Shown piece after piece: positions 58,501 to 64,000 of a DNA stretch of 64,000 bases. Location: positions 1,260,446-1,324,445 of the forward strand of contig NW_003314265.1 of NCBI RefSeq assembly GCF_000143415.4. The letters are read 5' to 3'. The stretch comes from Selaginella moellendorffii. Taxonomy: Eukaryota; Plantae; Lycopodiophyta. Each line of letters opens with the position of its first letter. The stretch's first letter is position 1. The notes under the pieces are model-generated. The model saw only the letters and a list, made by a program, of their open reading frames with translations, ran no database searches and had not been told where the DNA came from. The position numbers and the translations under genes are program-made.

Positions 58501-59699
58501 CAAGGATAATGCTGTTATAGTAGAATAAATAGTATATTTTACTTTGTACTTTTAAATACTTAAAAATAATTGATAAAATAATATACTAGAACAATCTTTA
58601 ATTTATAGCAATGAGGTGGCATACAATTCCAAATAAGCAAATGGGCCCACCCTAAATAGGGGGTGGAGGGGGTTGCTATATTGTGCATTCTACCTATCCA
58701 AAAAGACTGCCTTTTAGAGCATCTTAGTAGTAAACCAGTTATATACAAGCCTACCATGCCTAAAGGTAATCACCTCAATCCCTTTGCTACTCAAAAACTC
58801 TAGAGTCTTGGGACACAGGCCTTGCTCTCCAAATGAAATAGCCATAGTATATAACACTATCTTTCATCTGCTCATGTACTACAGCTATCATGGGTACATG
58901 ATTATTCAATTGGCGGTAGTAGAACTTGAGCACCAAGAAGATCTACACCCTTGAGTTGGGGACGTTGAGGTAGCTATCAGTGTAAGAAAACAGTTTTGTG
59001 TAAGTTACAAATTTTACCAACTTACTTTGTCTATTTGCTTTGGCCTTAGTTAAGTTCTTTCGCCAAGGTTCTTGTATATTGTATGAACTCCTAGTTAGTT
59101 CTACTTGGTTTCAGCTACTTACTACATAAATAACAAAGCATTAGCCATCTATCCACGGATTCCCAAATTCTCTCATAATCCCCCTCCCTGGATTAGATTA
59201 GATTTAAGGTTCAGTTGCTCTCCCTACAAGCACAAGCAACTAAGCACATCAAGCCTCCAAGTTTCTCACATCCCTTAGTACAACAAAATTTGATCATGAG
59301 ACCCTTTAAATCCCAAACCTTGGGTGTATCATTTACTTTGGGACACTTCGGAGGGGGGGGGGGGGGGGGAACACTGTGGCCTAATGGCTCGATATAAGTA
59401 CCCTTACTCCTTTATTTCCATCTTGAAGAGAAGGTCCAAGCCCCTAGGAAGGACCAATAAGCCATAAGGTACTCAAGTGGGGCATCACTCCATATAAGTT
59501 AAGAGCATTGTAATCAATTTCCCCTCCGAGAGTGACTATTAATATATAGAATATATAAATATGCATACTAATTAGTCAAAAAACTATAGCTTATATACAA
59601 AAGCAAGTGGCCTAGATTGAAATTAATTTGAAATCCCTCTATGCTAATATAAGTATACAATATTACAGTTATATACTTGGACCTCATATCATCCCCTCT

Positions 59700-60000
59700 T
59701 TGTGGAAGGATAGAAGGACTTAATCTACCAATCTTTCTATTGTATAGATTAGTTAATCCATGTAAGGCAATTAGTCATCCACCTATAATATAGTCTCTTT
59801 ATTCCATATAAGCTAACTAGTCATCCATTTGTACCATAGTTTTGTTATTTTTGGAAGGATAAAAGGATTGAATTTACCAATCCTTCTATTGTGTAAACTA
59901 GTTATTCCATATGAAATAATTAGTCATATATTCATACTATAGTCTTGCTATTCCATGTGAGGTAACTAGTCATCCATCCATACCACAATCCCACTCCACA
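59700..60000 (+). repeat. Two imperfect ~150-bp tandem units
   Basis: ggaaggata(g/a)aagga..ttaccaatc.ttctattgt.ta.a.tagtta.tccat...tagtcatccat recurs at ~59704 and ~59853. Confidence 0.65.
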
Positions 60001-60221
60001 AGAGGAAGGACATACGTATAAATGTCTAAAATATACAATTTCAAATTTAGGGGTAAAAATATATCTTGCCCAAGGGTATATTATATTTTAAATAGCCACT
60101 AATTAATTAAAGTTGAATCTATACCATTTGCTCTAGTAGTGCACCTTATCTCTCTCTCGTTAAGCCAATTGGAAAAAAGACAACTATTTAATAAAAGAGC
60201 AAATCTTATCAAATCAAACAC

Positions 60222-60662
60222 TAAATCATCCACTATATACTTTACAAGTTGACAATGATGGGACTTGATTTGCTTTGATATATTTGGGTTTGCACGAAGC
60301 AAAAGGCTCTGAAAGAGAATACCAAATTGCATTCATCACAATCATCAACATGTCCAAATATGCACTTAAAGACATTTGGGAGAATTCTCCAATTCTCATT
60401 ACATCAAACTCCAAATCATCCATTTTATACTCCATATATTGACAAGGATAGGACTTGATTTGCTATGACATATTTGGGTCTGCACAAAGTAAAAGGCTCT
60501 GAAAGAGAACACAAATTGTATTCATCACACCAAATTGTATTCATCATAATCATTAACATGTTCAAACGTGCACTTAAAGACGTCTAAGAGAATGCTTTAA
60601 TCCACACAAGTGTAAGCTTCTGAAGATATTTGAGAGAATGCTTTAATCCACATAAGTGTAAG
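60222..60662 (+). repeat. Imperfect ~190-bp tandem duplication plus a shorter duplicated unit
   Basis: aaatcatcca...ggacttgatttgct..ga.atatttgggt.tgcac.aag.aaaaggctctgaaagagaa occurs twice; gagaatgctttaatccaca.aagtgtaag occurs twice. Confidence 0.7.
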
Positions 60663-60667
60663 TATAG

Positions 60668-63600
60668 TGCACATGAATTTGGAGCCAAACTCCAAGCTTG
60701 TTGCATTACGAAACGAGGGTTCGATATAATCCCACGAGCATCAACTCTCTGTATTTAACACTTGCACACAAAATGGTGTCAGATGGTGTCAGGCACAATT
60801 TTGGCATACTTGTGGCCTAACGCGAGAAAGAGGGTACCCCACAGACTAAAGCAGCGTGGAGCTTGAGTTTAGACCCAAGCTAAATGCAAAACAAAGAGTG
60901 ATATAGCTCAGTGGGAGCCAAACTAATGTTTTAGATGGTTGAACATGCATTCTAACTAGTATCCCTACTATATATTTGGACCCCCCATAGTCCCCCCTGT
61001 CCCTCCACACTTTCCATAATTAGCCAATAGAATGAAATGAGACCAATACAAAGGGCATGATATGGTAAGCTATCATTTAGCAAATGTTGAGGGACCAATC
61101 TTAATATCGTGGGGGTTCTTGATACTAGCAAGTGCAAGTTAATAACACAAGTTTCTCAAACTAAAATGAGTATACTTAGCAAGAAACACATAGAGTTCCT
61201 ATCTTATATTTATCCAATTTAAGTGCAAGGTCATTGACTAGTTTCTCAACTAACTCAAGTGGGCATGATAAAGGGAACCAATTGTACTGACTTTCTGCCA
61301 TCATGGCAGTAAGGAAAGAGTGTCTATAAGGATTGACCGACAAGTATCTTTTGATACCCGAAGTCATATTCGCGACATTCTCCCCCCTTTAGAGAAGATT
61401 GACATCCTTGTCGATGCATATCCAAGTCTAGTAAACTGTTAAGGAAACAACTCCAAAAGTTAATGGAAAGCACACTATATGGGAAACACACTGACTTAAA
61501 TGAGTTATGGAACGACCTCTTTTATATGTCCAAAGACATTTAAGACTTAGACACCCTTCGGCTGTCATTGACAAGGAAATGACTAATGGAGTTAGCCACC
61601 CTTGTTACTCCGAGTACCACTCAGTTTACAAAGGAATGGTATATCCCTACCTACAAGGACATAGGGAGAAGGCCATAGGCCCAACTTCCTTGAGCAAGAA
61701 ATTAACCTCATTGGGAAGATTTAAACAACTATTATAAACTGGCAGAATAAGTTGTTTAAACGACCATACCCTTTTAAAAAATGAGTCATCGAGAGAGAGG
61801 CAGGGACTTGTGATCAGTCTATAATAGTTATCCCTATGGTTATGGATTGGACCTATGCACGAAAGTGCTGAAGTTAGCTTGCCAAAATTGACCCAATTAC
61901 TAACAAACGAAAGAAATGAAACTTTGATTTCTAGAAATATATTACTTTATTAATTTGCAAGATTTATTACAAGTTTACAAAAGTTAATCTTTATTACTAT
62001 TCTCATACTCCGTGACAAGCTCATGAGCATGTGTAAGATTCCTAAGAGGTTCCCAAGTTGATTCACAAGTCAGGCAACCTTTCCACTTAATTAGATATTC
62101 CTTGGAACGACCACCACGAGCTTTGTGGGACAAGAGAATTGCCTTGACCTCATACTCAAGATCACCATTCACAACTTCCGGAGGGGGACAAATGTCCATA
62201 GAGCGATCCGCATCAACATGATATGGTGCTAGTAAACTGATATGAAACACATCATGTACATGGGATAACTCATCTAGAATATTCAACTTATAAGATACAT
62301 CACCAACTCGCATCAATATCTAATAGGGCTTGACATATCATGGTAACAGCTTCCAAGATAAAGATTCCTTAATGTTTATGTTCCAAGAAGATAACCATAC
62401 ATGATCTCTCATTTGATAGGATACATTTTGACGATGTTAATCCTTAATACGTCAATACCTATCCTGAGCTTTGCCCATCGCCTCAATAGCTCTAGACCAA
62501 CTTTGGCATAGCTGCTCTACATAAATCTCAAAGGCCCGGACCAACACTTTGGACATTGGTTTCGGTACAACAATCTATTGAGGCACCCCATGAGCATTCC
62601 CTTATAGCATCTCCCGCAGAGAATAGCCAATAACGCTGTTAAATGTGTTGTTATAACATATTTCTGTTGTGTCCAAATGTTCAACCCAGTCATGTTGGTC
62701 CACTATGACATAGTACTACAGATAATCCTCAACTTGAGCATTCATATGTTTGGTCTGCCCATCAATTTGAGGATGATAAGCCATACTAAACTTCAACTTG
62801 GTACCAAACAGCTGGAACAGTGTGCCCCAAAACTTCCCCGTAAACCTTGAATCTCTATTTAAGATCATCTCTTCGAGAAGACTATGAACTCATACTACTT
62901 CATGGAAAAAAAGCTTTGCTACTTGCTTCGCATTCATTGTTTCCATAGTTTGAATGAAGTGTGCAATCTTTGACAACTGATCCACAACCACCATCAAAGT
63001 ATTATAACCCTTAGACTTCGGCAAGCAAGTGGCAAAATCAAGTGTCACACTCTAAAATGGCCATGTCAGTGCTGGAATGCACTGCAACTTTCCAGCTTGC
63101 TTTTAGTTCTGCGCTTACATTGCTGGCATATAGAGCAGGAACGAACATAATCCGCTATATCACCTTCCATACCAGACCAAAAAAATCCCTTTTTTCAATG
63201 AAGCAAGAGTCTTTTTTTTTCCATCATGTCCTACTTCCTGAACATAATGATGTTCCTGTAGAAACAACTGCTGCAGATCCTTAGAGGGAAGATACAATCT
63301 TTCTTGCTTATAAAAAATAAGTCTATCCCGAACTGAGAAGTGAAGTTTTATATTGGTATGGCTAGCAACTTTCGTGGCTTCACTACCAAGGTTTTGCTTC
63401 GACAACTCCACATGATGTAAAATTACCTTTGCTAATAGATCACTTCCATATGAAGCCCAAATGTTTTCCAACCAATCCAAACTGATTGCTAATATTGCCT
63501 AGAACTGAGACTGACGACTCAATGCATCTGAAACAATATTGTCTTTATCAGGTTCATATATGATTTCAATATCATATCTAGTAAGCTTCTTTTGCCAATG

Positions 63601-64000
63601 AGTCTGTTTCAGCGTAAGTTTTGGCTACATAGCAAAGTAGCTCAGTGTGTTATTATCTGTATAAACTTTGGTATATCCACCCAAATAGTGTCTCTAGTGT
63701 TCCAATGCCGACACTATAGCAAACATCTTTTTCTCGTGTGTTGGCCATTTTCGTTGGGTTTCATCCAATTTCTTGGAATAAAACGCAATAGAACAACCAT
63801 ATTGCCTTAGCGTAACACCAACTGCTTTGTCACAATTTTGCTACAACACGGCACCAATAGTATAGCCAGATGCATCACAATGCACTTCAAAGGGTTTATC
63901 AAGAGCTGGGATCCTGAGAACAGGAATCGTAGTCAGATCTCCTTCAATCATACAAAAGCACGCTAACAAGCTGGTGTCTAATGAAACAGTATATTACATT
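60668..64000 (-). mobile_element. Degenerate Ty3/Gypsy chromovirus: RNase H, integrase, chromodomain, PPT and 3' LTR; continues beyond the window
   Basis: RNase H KPFEVHCDASGYTIGAVL; integrase KLKFSMAYHPQIDGQT; chromodomain EYEVKAILL...EYLIKWKGCLTCESTWEPLRNL. PPT aaagggggagaa (61379-61390) is followed by LTR TGTCGC starting at 61377 and ending approximately CATGTGCA at 60668. Many stop codons. Confidence 0.92.

Noticed and set aside
57560-58762. Possible Merlin TIRs (ggcatg...catgcc)
   Set aside because: Only ~6-8 bp match and no 8-9-bp TSD

Overview
Eukaryotic nuclear DNA from a very compact land-plant genome. The ~50-nt introns, tiny intergenic spacers, long PLS-class PPR gene and cyanovirin-N homologues point to a lycophyte, most likely Selaginella (inference). 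The gene-dense left part (0.8-40 kb) contains a Q/S/Y-rich low-complexity gene, a UBC4/5/6-type E2, a PLS-E PPR gene and a complete four-domain (4x6TM) voltage-gated-family cation channel with an E-E-D-D filter and C-terminal IQ motif. It continues with an F-box/WD40 gene, a USP39/Sad1 pseudogene, an AG-peptide, separase plus a rearranged inverted partial copy of it, two CVNH lectin genes, a germin-like protein lacking one Mn-binding His, an MscS-like channel, tRNA-Gly(UCC) and an ANT1/AVT3-type amino-acid transporter. The 41-55 kb region is a decaying tandem array of seven CCR/TKPR-like reductase copies, interrupted by a solo LTR with a TATAG target-site duplication. It is followed by an atypical 8-Cys secreted protein and Lhca4. 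The right end is TE-rich, with an intron-containing Merlin/IS1595-like transposase relic (absent from the ORF track) and a degenerate chromovirus. The top candidates are the four-domain channel, the Merlin relic and the CVNH/germin secreted-protein islet. Exon boundaries were read by eye and are approximate unless stated.
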